Virus record (IMG/VR): IMGVR_UViG_3300037247_001890
Location: 32,001 to 96,000 of that record
DNA from: a virus
Length of the DNA: 64,000 bases
Direction: 5' to 3' (one strand)
Shown here: positions 1 to 8,574 of the stretch, piece after piece
Position numbering within the stretch: position 1 is the first letter of the stretch
Layout: every line of letters begins with the position of its first letter
Program-made: the position numbers and the translations under genes
The notes under the pieces: model-generated
Databases searched by the model: none
Told to the model about the DNA's origin: nothing
The model's input: only the letters and a program-made list of their open reading frames with translations

Positions 1-942
1 TATTGCGAATTTACCCGTTGAGGTAGTAATTGTAGTTATCCCGCCTGCCGCCTCTTTTATATTGTAATTATCTTTGTCATCGGAGAACAAAGAGAGACCA
101 GTCTCTCCACCATCAAAATTAACGATAGGCGCTTCAGAAGTGACCTCGCTTGGTAATGTAAATTCTTTGTATTCTTTCACTGCGGCACTTTTTTCTAATG
201 TTGTATAAGCTTCCTTTACATTTCCTTCTTCTAATACAACAGAAACTTTATTATCTACATCTGAATTCCCGAGAAATGCAGTATACTCAAATTTACCAGT
301 CTTTTCTATGGTAAAAATATTTCTTGGCAACATTTTTTCTGCTAACTTTTTATCTGCAACAGCATCATCGCATTTTAATTCAGCGATTTTTTCTATAACG
401 GAATAAGTTCCATTATTTATGAAACCTTCTTTCAATTCAGGAGTGGATTCTACCTCATCAAGAAAATCCTGTTGGGCTTTTTTGGTTATTCCTCCTGCTA
501 TAGTTTCTAACACGCTGGAATATTTATCTATACTCCAAGGCACGTGTAAATCTCTGCTGAATAAACGAACAGTTGGATCAACATCATCAAGGGGTACAGC
601 CCTGGAAAAGGCCGATTCCCGTGTAAAAAGTGCTCCGACAGATTGATCTGTTAATGGTACCAGATTTCCACCTGCAACTGCAACATCCATATTTTTCAGA
701 TAAAAATCTTGCACGACAACTGGAACAGAAATACCGTTATTTCCAACAGCTATTCCACCTATCGCGTAGCCTTTAGTATCATCTTTCTGCGTAAATGTTA
801 ACCGTGTTGGTAAATGTGAGAGTTGAGGAAATTCTTCGTGGAAGTAGGAAATAATTTCCTTCGTCCATTGCGTTGTATCTTTACTTAGCGTTTGTGAAGA
901 AATTTTTTCAAACTCTGGTTGTTTAACAAACAAATTTTCCAT
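1..942 (-). CDS. putative virion/head protein (partial, runs off window)
   Basis: Open frame from ATG at 942 (MENLFVKQPEFEKISSQ...) to the window edge; SD-like AGGA upstream; several EKx[AS] motifs. Confidence 0.7.
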   Translation of the reverse strand, partial: MENLFVKQPEFEKISSQTLSKDTTQWTKEIISYFHEEFPQLSHLPTRLTFTQKDDTKGYAIGGIAVGNNGISVPVVVQDFYLKNMDVAVAGGNLVPLTDQSVGALFTRESAFSRAVPLDDVDPTVRLFSRDLHVPWSIDKYSSVLETIAGGITKKAQQDFLDEVESTPELKEGFINNGTYSVIEKIAELKCDDAVADKKLAEKMLPRNIFTIEKTGKFEYTAFLGNSDVDNKVSVVLEEGNVKEAYTTLEKSAAVKEYKEFTLPSEVTSEAPIVNFDGGETGLSLFSDDKDNYNIKEAAGGITTITTSTGKFAI

Positions 943-961
943 TTTTAATTTATCCTATTTT

Positions 962-1165
962 TTATTTTTTTGGGAATCTTTTTTGTAAATTTTTTATGAG
1001 GATTTTACCTTCAGGATTAAATCTCAATTGCTTGTCCATATTTTTTAAAATACTATTAGTGGTATCTTCAAAAATCCATGAAGGATCAGATGTATTTCTT
1101 AATCTATTTTTAATGGCGGAAAAAACTTTTTTTTGACTAATTGCCAACTTCTCAAAGTATTTCAT
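962..1165 (-). CDS. small MKYFEK-family protein
   Basis: N-terminus MKYFEK shared with three other ORFs; tightly packed operon. Confidence 0.7.
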   Translation of the reverse strand: MKYFEKLAISQKKVFSAIKNRLRNTSDPSWIFEDTTNSILKNMDKQLRFNPEGKILIKNLQKRFPKK

Positions 1166-1171
1166 TTTGCC

Positions 1172-1714
1172 TTATGTTATTGCCGCCGTTATTGGTGGCG
1201 CCGGCACTGGACCGCTCGGCCCAGGCATCATTCCTGTTATTGTTACCTGTACTGTTTTTGTAAATTTATCCATAGCGTTTGCCCACACGCCTGCGGCCAC
1301 ACTCAAATTTCTTGTTGGTATCAGTGATGCTATTGCTGCGGCTGTTGGTATTCCTGGCGTACTGACAGTTGCTAAAATCTCAGAAATCATTGGAGCTGCT
1401 GGAACAGATGTTTTGAATGTTACCCCAGTCCAAAATACTACTAATGCACTGCCCAATGCATTTCCTAGTTGTATTGCCGCGGTTGCCTCTGTGATTCCTT
1501 TTGTATTTACGCCATCCATGGCGGCTGATAATATTGGCACTGCTGCATTCTTTGCAGGAAATCCTGAAGCTGTATCTGTGCTTATATCTTGTCCTGCACT
1601 GGCATATGTTTCATATACATCAAACAAGTCAGTCGCAAAAGTATTTGCAGAATCTGCGTCATTGCCCAAAAAACTTACTATGTCCGATTTTAAACCTGAT
1701 TTGATCAAAGGCAT
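1172..1714 (-). CDS. putative structural protein downstream of the spike
   Basis: 180 aa, Ala/Thr-rich, Pro-rich C-terminus; operon context. Confidence 0.55.
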   Translation of the reverse strand: MPLIKSGLKSDIVSFLGNDADSANTFATDLFDVYETYASAGQDISTDTASGFPAKNAAVPILSAAMDGVNTKGITEATAAIQLGNALGSALVVFWTGVTFKTSVPAAPMISEILATVSTPGIPTAAAIASLIPTRNLSVAAGVWANAMDKFTKTVQVTITGMMPGPSGPVPAPPITAAIT

Positions 1715-1717
1715 TAT

Positions 1718-1936
1718 TTAAAATAGCCCCTTGGATTTGGCTTTACCAAACATCCTTCGAGAGCTGGCAGTGGCAACATAATGTTTTTCATGGATTACTG
1801 CCGCTTTGTCTTCAGGAACTACTTTGACAGGAGCATTAATCACTTTTTTAATTTTTTTATTTTTTTTAGCAATAGCGGCAGCAACTCTTTTTAGTTCTAT
1901 TAATTCTGCTGCAGCTGTTTTCTCAAAGTATTTCAT
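1718..1936 (-). CDS. small MKYFEK-family protein
   Basis: Starts MKYFEKTAAA. Confidence 0.7.
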   Translation of the reverse strand: MKYFEKTAAAELIELKRVAAAIAKKNKKIKKVINAPVKVVPEDKAAVIHEKHYVATASSRRMFGKAKSKGLF

Positions 1937-1939
1937 TTA

Positions 1940-2209
1940 TTATTTTAACACAAGAGCGCCGCCACCAATAGCTGCAGTAGCGCCAGCTCCCAGCAGTGAA
2001 GCTCGAGCTGCATACTGTGCCTTTTCAGCTTTACCTTCTATCTCCCACGCTTTCATATATCTTTTAGGATTTTTAACTATATCTATTTTACTCCTAGCAC
2101 CTTTTACCTTTTCTAGAGTTTTACCTGTAGCAGCCCCGCCAAATCTGGATACACCTTTAATTGCTTTTTGAAAAATGTTCACATTAGATTGTTTCTCAAA
2201 ATATTTCAT
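1940..2209 (-). CDS. small MKYFEK-family protein with Gly-rich hydrophobic C-terminus
   Basis: Starts MKYFEKQS; ends LLGAGATAAIGGGALV; SD GAGGG. Confidence 0.7.
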   Translation of the reverse strand: MKYFEKQSNVNIFQKAIKGVSRFGGAATGKTLEKVKGARSKIDIVKNPKRYMKAWEIEGKAEKAQYAARASLLGAGATAAIGGGALVLK

Positions 2210-2222
2210 AATTGTCCCTCTG

Positions 2223-3386
2223 TTAAAATTCTTTTATTGTAAAACTTACTTCCGAAAGAAAATCGGTTTTTACGTAACTTGTGAATGGCGCTGTTGGTGC
2301 ACTACTTGGTCCAGCCGGAGTTGGGTGAAAATGCTGATTGAATGCATCAATCAATTCATTTAATTTAGTTCTCAAGCTTTCACCAAGTGCTAAAGGCTCG
2401 GTATTATCTTCTTTGCCTATATAAATTTTAGGACTTTCGAAAAGCATTTGCTTTTCAGAAAAGATCTTAAAAATACCATCATCTTTTGCAGTTACAGTAA
2501 CAGACCCATTCAGATCTAATTTTAAATTTGTTGAGCCATCATCATGCATTATATCCATGATAACATTTCTAGTGCCATCGGATATTGTCCAGTTATGATA
2601 ATAGCCTTTGTTTATAATATAAGATGATGATCCCGCATTGTCAACATCATTTATTTCCAGCTTAAGTAAATTGTCATCATCATCTCTGGAAAGAGATAAA
2701 TATGTTGTTGCAGACTCAACATCACTGCCTTCTGTATATTGTACTGTATTTATATCGAATACGCACGTATCTGTTTCTGCTTTTTCATTTTCTTTTATTG
2801 TACCAGATCTAATTAGGGTATAATCACTTGGAGTCAAATCTTTGAATTGCTCAAAATTCTTTTGTATTTTCCACTCGAATGAAGAAGGTGTGTCAATATC
2901 CGGAGCATCACCTACCGTTTTCCAAGAGAAGTTACCAGCGGAGTTATTCATGTTTATATGCAAAGCATATAAGTTAAATGTATTTTCAGTCTTACCAATC
3001 AAGGACATTCGCGCTGATATTCCTGCCCAAATTCGCAACTCACCGTCTGTTTGCAGAAGAAAATTTCCGGACGTATGTCTTAATATTGCATCATTGTCTC
3101 CCATCTTAGGTCGTGGATATTTATCATCCAGTATCCACCCATTCACTGAACCTGGATGGGTTACATTGTAGTAACCTAATATCCAGAAATCATTAGAGAC
3201 ATCTTCCATGACCAGGCAAGGTGTGCCAACTGGAGCCAGTGAATGTAATCCACCACCTAGTGGATCACATGCTACTGCACTAAGAAATTTAGCTGTCTCG
3301 TCACTTCTTCCAGAATTGTCGAAGTTTACTAAAACTTCGTATGTTTTTTCATTTCTATCAGCTACTGTACACTTGTGAAATTTCAT
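2223..3386 (-). CDS. baseplate central spike (gpV/gp5/VgrG-like)
   Basis: OB-fold-like N-terminus (APVGTPCLV...WILG), beta-rich body, C-terminal HxH apex motif (FNQHFHPTPAGPS); start reassigned to ATG 3386, downstream of the promoter. Confidence 0.7.
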   Translation of the reverse strand: MKFHKCTVADRNEKTYEVLVNFDNSGRSDETAKFLSAVACDPLGGGLHSLAPVGTPCLVMEDVSNDFWILGYYNVTHPGSVNGWILDDKYPRPKMGDNDAILRHTSGNFLLQTDGELRIWAGISARMSLIGKTENTFNLYALHINMNNSAGNFSWKTVGDAPDIDTPSSFEWKIQKNFEQFKDLTPSDYTLIRSGTIKENEKAETDTCVFDINTVQYTEGSDVESATTYLSLSRDDDDNLLKLEINDVDNAGSSSYIINKGYYHNWTISDGTRNVIMDIMHDDGSTNLKLDLNGSVTVTAKDDGIFKIFSEKQMLFESPKIYIGKEDNTEPLALGESLRTKLNELIDAFNQHFHPTPAGPSSAPTAPFTSYVKTDFLSEVSFTIKEF

Positions 3387-3396
3387 AAGTACTTTA

Positions 3397-3425
3397 AATA
3401 TACAAAAAACTATTATGCAAGTCAA
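3397..3425 (-). promoter_or_regulatory. sigma70-like promoter TTGACT-17-TATATT
   Basis: Exact 17-nt spacer, just upstream of the spike gene. Confidence 0.7.
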
Positions 3426-3504
3426 CGAAATTTCGGGAATAAGAAAATTGTATATGTCAAGAGATTTATCTTGATTAATAACCAAATATTTCATAAATTA
3501 CAGT

Positions 3505-4089
3505 ATGAATAAAGTTTGTACTAAATGTGGAAAGAGTAACCCTTTAGAAGATTATTATAAGCATTCATTAGCAAAAGATGGTAGAGCATCAAAATGTAAA
3601 AGTTGCCATAAATTAGCACAAGCTAAATATGCTAAATCTGATAAAGGTAGATTAGTAAATGTCAAAGCACATGTTAAATATGATAAAACTGAAAAAGGTA
3701 AAGCAACAACAGCTAAATATTTTAAAACTGATAAAGGTAAATTAGCAATAGCTAAATATAATAAAACCAGTAGAGGTAAACTAACAAAAGCTAGGACAAA
3801 TCACAATAGAAGAATTAATATAGCAAACACAAAAAATAATTTTACAATCAAAGAAAGCAAATTAATCCTATTCCTGCAAAACTATCAATGTGCAAATCCG
3901 AATTGCGAGTGTGGTAGATTCTTTGATATGGTAGAACCCACACTTGACCATATTGTTCCTGTAGAATTAAGCGGGGATTTAATTAAAGAAAACGTACAAT
4001 ATCTATGTCAGTCGTGCAACAGTTCAAAAGGCATAAAATACATAGATTATAGATCAGAAACTCACAAACAAATGATAGAAAGGATATAA
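3505..4089 (+). CDS. HNH homing endonuclease with N-terminal Zn ribbon and KYxKSDKG repeats
   Basis: CxxC pairs; DHIVP...ENVQYLCQSCNSSK HNH core; paralogue of 53294-53914. Confidence 0.85.
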   Translation: MNKVCTKCGKSNPLEDYYKHSLAKDGRASKCKSCHKLAQAKYAKSDKGRLVNVKAHVKYDKTEKGKATTAKYFKTDKGKLAIAKYNKTSRGKLTKARTNHNRRINIANTKNNFTIKESKLILFLQNYQCANPNCECGRFFDMVEPTLDHIVPVELSGDLIKENVQYLCQSCNSSKGIKYIDYRSETHKQMIERI

Positions 4090-4245
4090 ATGTTACATCC
4101 ACGTTTTGCATTAATTGGTGTGATAGCGTTACCAGCTATTGTTGCCTTTTCAACGCAAGAACCAATAGCACCTGTGATTACGCTATTAGTTTCAGTAGCA
4201 ATTTTTATTTTCTACGGAAAATATTACGATAAGAATAAAAATTAA
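4090..4245 (+). CDS. small membrane protein
   Basis: 51 aa with two hydrophobic segments; SD AAGGA. Confidence 0.55.
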   Translation: MLHPRFALIGVIALPAIVAFSTQEPIAPVITLLVSVAIFIFYGKYYDKNKN

Positions 4246-4250
4246 TTTAT

Positions 4251-4593
4251 GGGGCTGAATGATTCGACGGATATTCAAAGTTAATATACTTCACTCCGGC
4301 ACTATAGTAGTATGGCCGTAAAGCAAACTGCAAGCTAATTAATAATTGGCAATAGTTATAGACTAGCTGCATAAGCAGCTCGACTCGCATATCAGCCACG
4401 ATATGCAAGAGTCGTTAATGCAGGCTCGGCAATCTGATTTGGCCAATCAGTGCGCCTAAAACTAGGCCAGGCGAGCATGCAGGCCTTATTCGTTTGCAAA
4501 GCATGCCAACGCTAGTGATACCTAAACGAATAAGAGTGTAAAAAAGAATATTAATTAGATTGTTCGGACCCGGTTTCGATACCGGCAGCTCCA
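4251..4593 (+). ncRNA. ssrA: tmRNA, tag peptide (A)GNSYRLAA*
   Basis: GGGGCTG...TTCGAC 5' end; T-arm CCGGTTTCGATACCGG; 3' CAGCTCCA; tag ORF 4348-4374 ending LAA-stop. Confidence 0.95.
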
Positions 4594-4597
4594 CTAG

Positions 4598-4626
4598 AGG
4601 CAGGGTGAAGAACTCACCCTGCTTTT
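4598..4626 (+). terminator. intrinsic terminator
   Basis: GGCAGGGTGA/TCACCCTGCT hairpin followed by T-run. Confidence 0.7.
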
Positions 4627-4653
4627 GTTGTATTTTTATCGAAGGAGAAAATT

Positions 4654-5265
4654 ATGAATATTAAACTATTGTTTTTTATCGTGGCAAGCCTAGTCTTATC
4701 TTCGTGTCACGTTCGTTATGTTTACGTCTATACTGACGAACCCGTCGATGAAGTTTACGTTTATGATGTTAGCTATGTTTACGCTAGTCTCTGGTATGAC
4801 GATTTTTACTGGAGATATAATACTAATTACTATTATACATTTGGTTTATTTTATCACACGCCAAGGTACTCAGGGTATTCTTACTACCATAATTATAAAC
4901 CATACTACAGACATCACCGCAAACCAAAATTTAAAAGACACTGGTTTGATAGACGCCAACATAATATTGTCAAAAAACATCGTAGTAGACGTTCAACAAT
5001 GGATAGGCCCAACATTGAGTATAGAAAAAAATCTAAACTAGGACTAAAATACGAACAGCGTGTCCCAACAAAATTTAAAAATCGACGCAAGCTCAATAGG
5101 GGGACCAAAAGCAGAGACCAAAAGGTGACTAAGCAGAAAAGGAATACCTCAAAAAAAAGAACTATTACTCGTCAAAAACAACGAAACAATAGTTCAAAAA
5201 AGTCAACTCGAAGTTCAAAACATTCCAAAAAAGTAAAACGTTCCACGAAAAAACCAAAAAAATAA
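4654..5265 (+). CDS. lipoprotein, Tyr-rich with very basic tail
   Basis: Lipobox LSSC; SD AAGGAG. Confidence 0.7.
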   Translation: MNIKLLFFIVASLVLSSCHVRYVYVYTDEPVDEVYVYDVSYVYASLWYDDFYWRYNTNYYYTFGLFYHTPRYSGYSYYHNYKPYYRHHRKPKFKRHWFDRRQHNIVKKHRSRRSTMDRPNIEYRKKSKLGLKYEQRVPTKFKNRRKLNRGTKSRDQKVTKQKRNTSKKRTITRQKQRNNSSKKSTRSSKHSKKVKRSTKKPKK

Positions 5266-5270
5266 AAATA

Positions 5271-5299
5271 TTGCAATTTTAATAAAAAAGTGTTATATT
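5271..5299 (+). promoter_or_regulatory. sigma70-like promoter TTGCAA-17-TATATT with extended -10
   Basis: TGn-TATATT; lies at the head of the tRNA cluster. Confidence 0.75.
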
Positions 5300-5305
5300 A
5301 GAGCT

Positions 5306-5474
5306 ATGAAACGTACTACTATAAATATGTGGTCCTCATTATGTGATGGACAAGTACATCCAAGATTTAATGGTGGGAGTCCCATTATGTAATAAGCGGT
5401 TTCATTTCTCGCTTTCATTTTCTCTTTTTCTCTATAGAGGGAACCGCCATTAAAAAGCAGTTTCCTCTTTTTTT
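5306..5474 (+). promoter_or_regulatory. leader-peptide attenuator (28-aa uORF 5306-5392, antiterminator and terminator)
   Basis: uORF; terminator stem 5436-5468 plus T-run; alternative pairings 5366-5376/5444-5454 and 5396-5403/5440-5447. Confidence 0.65.
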
Positions 5475-5580
5475 ATTTAGTATGTAAATCACAGATTTGC
5501 ATACTGATCTTTGACAGTTAGGAGTTTGTGGGGCATCGCGATAGTGACGAGCTAGCGTTTACGCCTTATACATTCAGATT

Positions 5581-5716
5581 TGGAAGGATAGTTGTGACGT
5601 GGTAGTCAGATATAGGCAAGATACTCTCTGCTGGATACGCGTTCTGGTGGAAGGGAACAAAAGCTGAATCCCGATGCAGGGGCGTTGCATGATACTAAAT
5701 GCCGACTATCTTTCCA
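5581..5716 (+). ncRNA. orphan structured RNA
   Basis: GC-rich, non-coding, closed by TGGAAGGATAGTTG/CGACTATCTTTCCA. Confidence 0.45.
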
Positions 5717-5722
5717 TAATAC

Positions 5723-5797
5723 TCACGAGTAACTCAGCCTGGCCAGAGTTTCCGGCCGTTAACCGGACAGTCGAAGGTTCGAATCCTTCCTCGTGAG
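5723..5797 (+). tRNA. tRNA-Asn(GTT), C33
   Basis: Cloverleaf; loop CC-GTT-AA. Confidence 0.92.
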
Positions 5798-5818
5798 CAA
5801 TAAATAGGAGAAATAAAT

Positions 5819-6355
5819 ATGAAATTATTTTATATATTTATTTTATCATTATTTATTGGATGCGTCTTAGAACCAGATGTAAAAACTGTATATAAAGACA
5901 GAATAGTAAATGTTGGCATCATTATAGGAGATGTGCCATTAGAATATTCTTATACTAATATGTGGGAAGCTCAATCTTATTGGAAGGATGACTATGGTAT
6001 GTTACTTTGGGTAGTGGCACAAAATTTATCAGATACGAATTGGTATGGTCATCCTGAACTGCGAATTTATACTACTGATGAACCGATGGACGAAGATAGT
6101 TATTTAACTGAATATGATTTAATATCAACAGGGATTGGTGTACTTACTACCGAAATTGGCTACAATTATGTGCCAGTAGATACTGCTGATTTTATTCCGA
6201 GTCCAGGATTCAGGCATTCCCTGACTTTTGCAAGAATCGATTATAGTGCTTTAAAACAATATTATTATGGTTTATGGAGATTTGTACCTGCCAATACCCC
6301 TACTCTATCAAAGATTGCCCCATTAAGTTATGATCAAATAAAATGGCAAGAATAA
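5819..6355 (+). CDS. lipoprotein
   Basis: Signal peptide ending FIGC; SD AGGAG. Confidence 0.7.
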   Translation: MKLFYIFILSLFIGCVLEPDVKTVYKDRIVNVGIIIGDVPLEYSYTNMWEAQSYWKDDYGMLLWVVAQNLSDTNWYGHPELRIYTTDEPMDEDSYLTEYDLISTGIGVLTTEIGYNYVPVDTADFIPSPGFRHSLTFARIDYSALKQYYYGLWRFVPANTPTLSKIAPLSYDQIKWQE

Positions 6356-6363
6356 TAACCCTA

Positions 6364-6847
6364 TAAATAAGAAAGCACGCTGCAGTCGGCTAGACTGCGT
6401 AACCCGTTGTAACTTATTTATTATGGGTAGAAAAGCACGTTGTGACCGTACTCTAGGAAATGTAATCCGTTGTAATCTATCCATCCTACAGACAGAAAGC
6501 ACGCTGTGATCCAATAACAATCCATTGGATTGTTAATAACCGGGTTCACCCGGGTGATTGCGTAACCCGTTGTAACTGTTTGTAGAAAATAGTAGAGAAG
6601 CACGCTGTAACTCGAGGTCTGTTAGGGCCGCGAGGTCCATAAGGGCCGCGAGGTCCATAGGGGCCGAGTTGGGTTATGTAACCCGTTGTAATCTACCAGG
6701 GTGGAAAGCACGTTGTAATGCCCTTTAGAAGACATACGCGTAATCCGTGTACTCCACCCATTTAAGTTGTGCGGGAAAGCTCGTTATGATCTACGCGAAT
6801 GATTGTACATTCTAGAACATGTAATCCGAGTGACTACCGCAATTAAA
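6364..6847 (+). repeat. six-unit structured RNA array
   Basis: Six copies of RAAGCWCGYT...GTAAYCCG(T)WGT, each with its own closing stem and a variable insert. Confidence 0.85.
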
Positions 6848-7078
6848 GTAAGGAGATTTAATATAGCATCAATAATGTGGGAAGCTGGTGGATTTGGAAA
6901 ACCAAAAATTCGCAGATTTCTGCAAGAGTGCAAATATGAAAATTTTATAACAGAATGGTCAGAGACAAAAATTAGCATTTTCACAAGCACTTTTGAGATT
7001 AATGGAGAAGAAGAAAAATTAGAATTTATGAGTGAATATTTGAGGAAGCAATGCAATCCAGAAAACCAGGCAAAATAG
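6803..7078 (+). CDS. hypothetical protein (start uncertain, probably after 6850)
   Basis: ORF track; SD AAGGAG near 6850. Confidence 0.45.
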   Translation: MYILEHVIRVTTAIKVRRFNIASIMWEAGGFGKPKIRRFLQECKYENFITEWSETKISIFTSTFEINGEEEKLEFMSEYLRKQCNPENQAK

Positions 7079-7500
7079 TAAGGAATAATCTCTATATACA
7101 CAGGGATTATCTTGACACAACAGAAATTCCGGAATATCTTTACACTACTCGATATGATCGAATGATAGGAAAAAATATGCCAGGAGTAGATATTTTAAAA
7201 CATGATCGAACTCACGGTACAGTATCTTTAATTAAATGCTTTGACTTCGATGGAGAAGATGAACCAATCATACAAATGGTATCGACAAGACTAAAAGAAA
7301 TAAATTACACTCGGCCAACAGGTCCAATATATCATCATAAATGGATGATGGTAGGAGATGACTATATGGGATTCAACATTGACGCCAGTAAGCAGCGTAG
7401 TGAACGAATTAAGCAAATAATGCGGGAAAATCCCGGCATTGCACCATATCTAATAGGTAATCAAGTCTATTGGAAAGCTAGAGTTTTACCCTTACTGTAA
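7051..7500 (+). CDS. hypothetical phage protein
   Basis: 149 aa containing IYHHKWMMVGDDY. Confidence 0.7.
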   Translation: MQSRKPGKIVRNNLYIHRDYLDTTEIPEYLYTTRYDRMIGKNMPGVDILKHDRTHGTVSLIKCFDFDGEDEPIIQMVSTRLKEINYTRPTGPIYHHKWMMVGDDYMGFNIDASKQRSERIKQIMRENPGIAPYLIGNQVYWKARVLPLL

Positions 7501-7504
7501 TAAC

Positions 7505-7580
7505 TGGCCGGTGGTGAAGCTTGGTCAAACACAGCGGGCCTTGGACCCGTTATTCGTAGGTTCAAATCCTACCCGGCTAA
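7505..7580 (+). tRNA. tRNA-Gln(TTG), C33
   Basis: Cloverleaf; loop CC-TTG-GA. Confidence 0.92.
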
Positions 7581-7623
7581 CGCAAGACCTAATAAAATTA
7601 ACCAAGAAACAGAGGAAAGAAAG

Positions 7624-8013
7624 ATGAAAAGGATTTATTATTTATACGATGAGGGCAATCAGCCTATCGTCACTGTGGGTATTTTTAAAGATGAAAAAGG
7701 ATTTTCTTTTGCACGCACACTGTCTATTTATGGAGAAGGCGAAACCCTCCCACTGAATAAAGGACAAGCACGTAATATCGTAGATTCTCGTTTTGAGAAT
7801 GCTGCAAGTATTCTGGATAGATCAACATATACCAATGAAATCTATCCTCGACGTGTAAAAAATTTATTTTGTCGTTTAATATCTATAAAAAACAACAATA
7901 GATGCGTCAATGATCTCTTTGGGAATGCTGAAAAATCACTCCTTAAGATTGATTTAAACGCCGAACCAACTGATTTCGAAAAATATCTGCTTAGGATTGA
8001 TGCAAAAAAGTAA
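7624..8013 (+). CDS. hypothetical protein
   Basis: ORF with SD GAGG. Confidence 0.65.
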   Translation: MKRIYYLYDEGNQPIVTVGIFKDEKGFSFARTLSIYGEGETLPLNKGQARNIVDSRFENAASILDRSTYTNEIYPRRVKNLFCRLISIKNNNRCVNDLFGNAEKSLLKIDLNAEPTDFEKYLLRIDAKK

Positions 8014-8057
8014 TCAAGTAGCCTTGTGGTGAAAATTACAGGGCTACTTATATTCTT

Positions 8058-8134
8058 CCGCCCGTATCTCCTCCGTCTGATAAGCGGTAGAAAGAGTAGT
8101 CGGTTACAGATTGGTTCAATTCCAATAGGGCGGA
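8058..8134 (+). tRNA. atypical tRNA-Ile(GAT)-like RNA with displaced D-arm
   Basis: Acceptor CCGCCC/GGGCGG; anticodon arm CCGT-CTGATAA-GCGG; T-arm ATTGG-TTCAATT-CCAAT; no D-arm before the anticodon arm. Confidence 0.7.
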
Positions 8135-8135
8135 C

Positions 8136-8357
8136 ATGAAAGCAAAATTTATACAAGAAAACGTAATATTGAGTGAACATGAGGGCCCTTATGGATTGGA
8201 TCCTCACGATGACTGGACGGACACAGTAATAGAAGAATATCGTAAAAAATATTCAAATGGAAGAATATTTACTTCTACCAAAGAAAGCAGAATTCGCAAG
8301 GTGGGTGATTGGGCTCAATATTATTATATAATAGGCAAGGCAAAAGATGCGAGTTAA
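8136..8357 (+). CDS. small hypothetical protein abutting tRNA 3' end
   Basis: Starts MKAKFI. Confidence 0.6.
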   Translation: MKAKFIQENVILSEHEGPYGLDPHDDWTDTVIEEYRKKYSNGRIFTSTKESRIRKVGDWAQYYYIIGKAKDAS

Positions 8358-8574
8358 AATTACTAATTTTACGACATTGATGCAAAATGACAAGACATAT
8401 AATATTCAACAAAGATATTTCTTTAAGGCAACTTTAAGGTATGATGGCGGTTATGTTTATCGTTGTAAAGACGGCCACAGGTTTTATTTGTTTGCCTTAG
8501 ATCAAGCAGATTTAATTCATATAGGAATTTTAGGAAAGTTATATGGTACGGAAGAAAACAAGGTGGCATTATGA
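8347..8574 (+). CDS. small hypothetical protein
   Basis: Overlapping ORF chain. Confidence 0.55.
   Translation: MRVKITNFTTLMQNDKTYNIQQRYFFKATLRYDGGYVYRCKDGHRFYLFALDQADLIHIGILGKLYGTEENKVAL

Noticed and set aside
1167-2171. Plus-strand ORFs 1167-1721 and 1806-2171
   Set aside because: Antisense shadows of the packed minus-strand operon
6364-6847. CRISPR array or known self-cleaving ribozyme
   Set aside because: Repeats are bipartite and fold around variable-length inserts; no cas genes; the core does not match hammerhead, twister, pistol, hairpin or HDV consensus as I recall them
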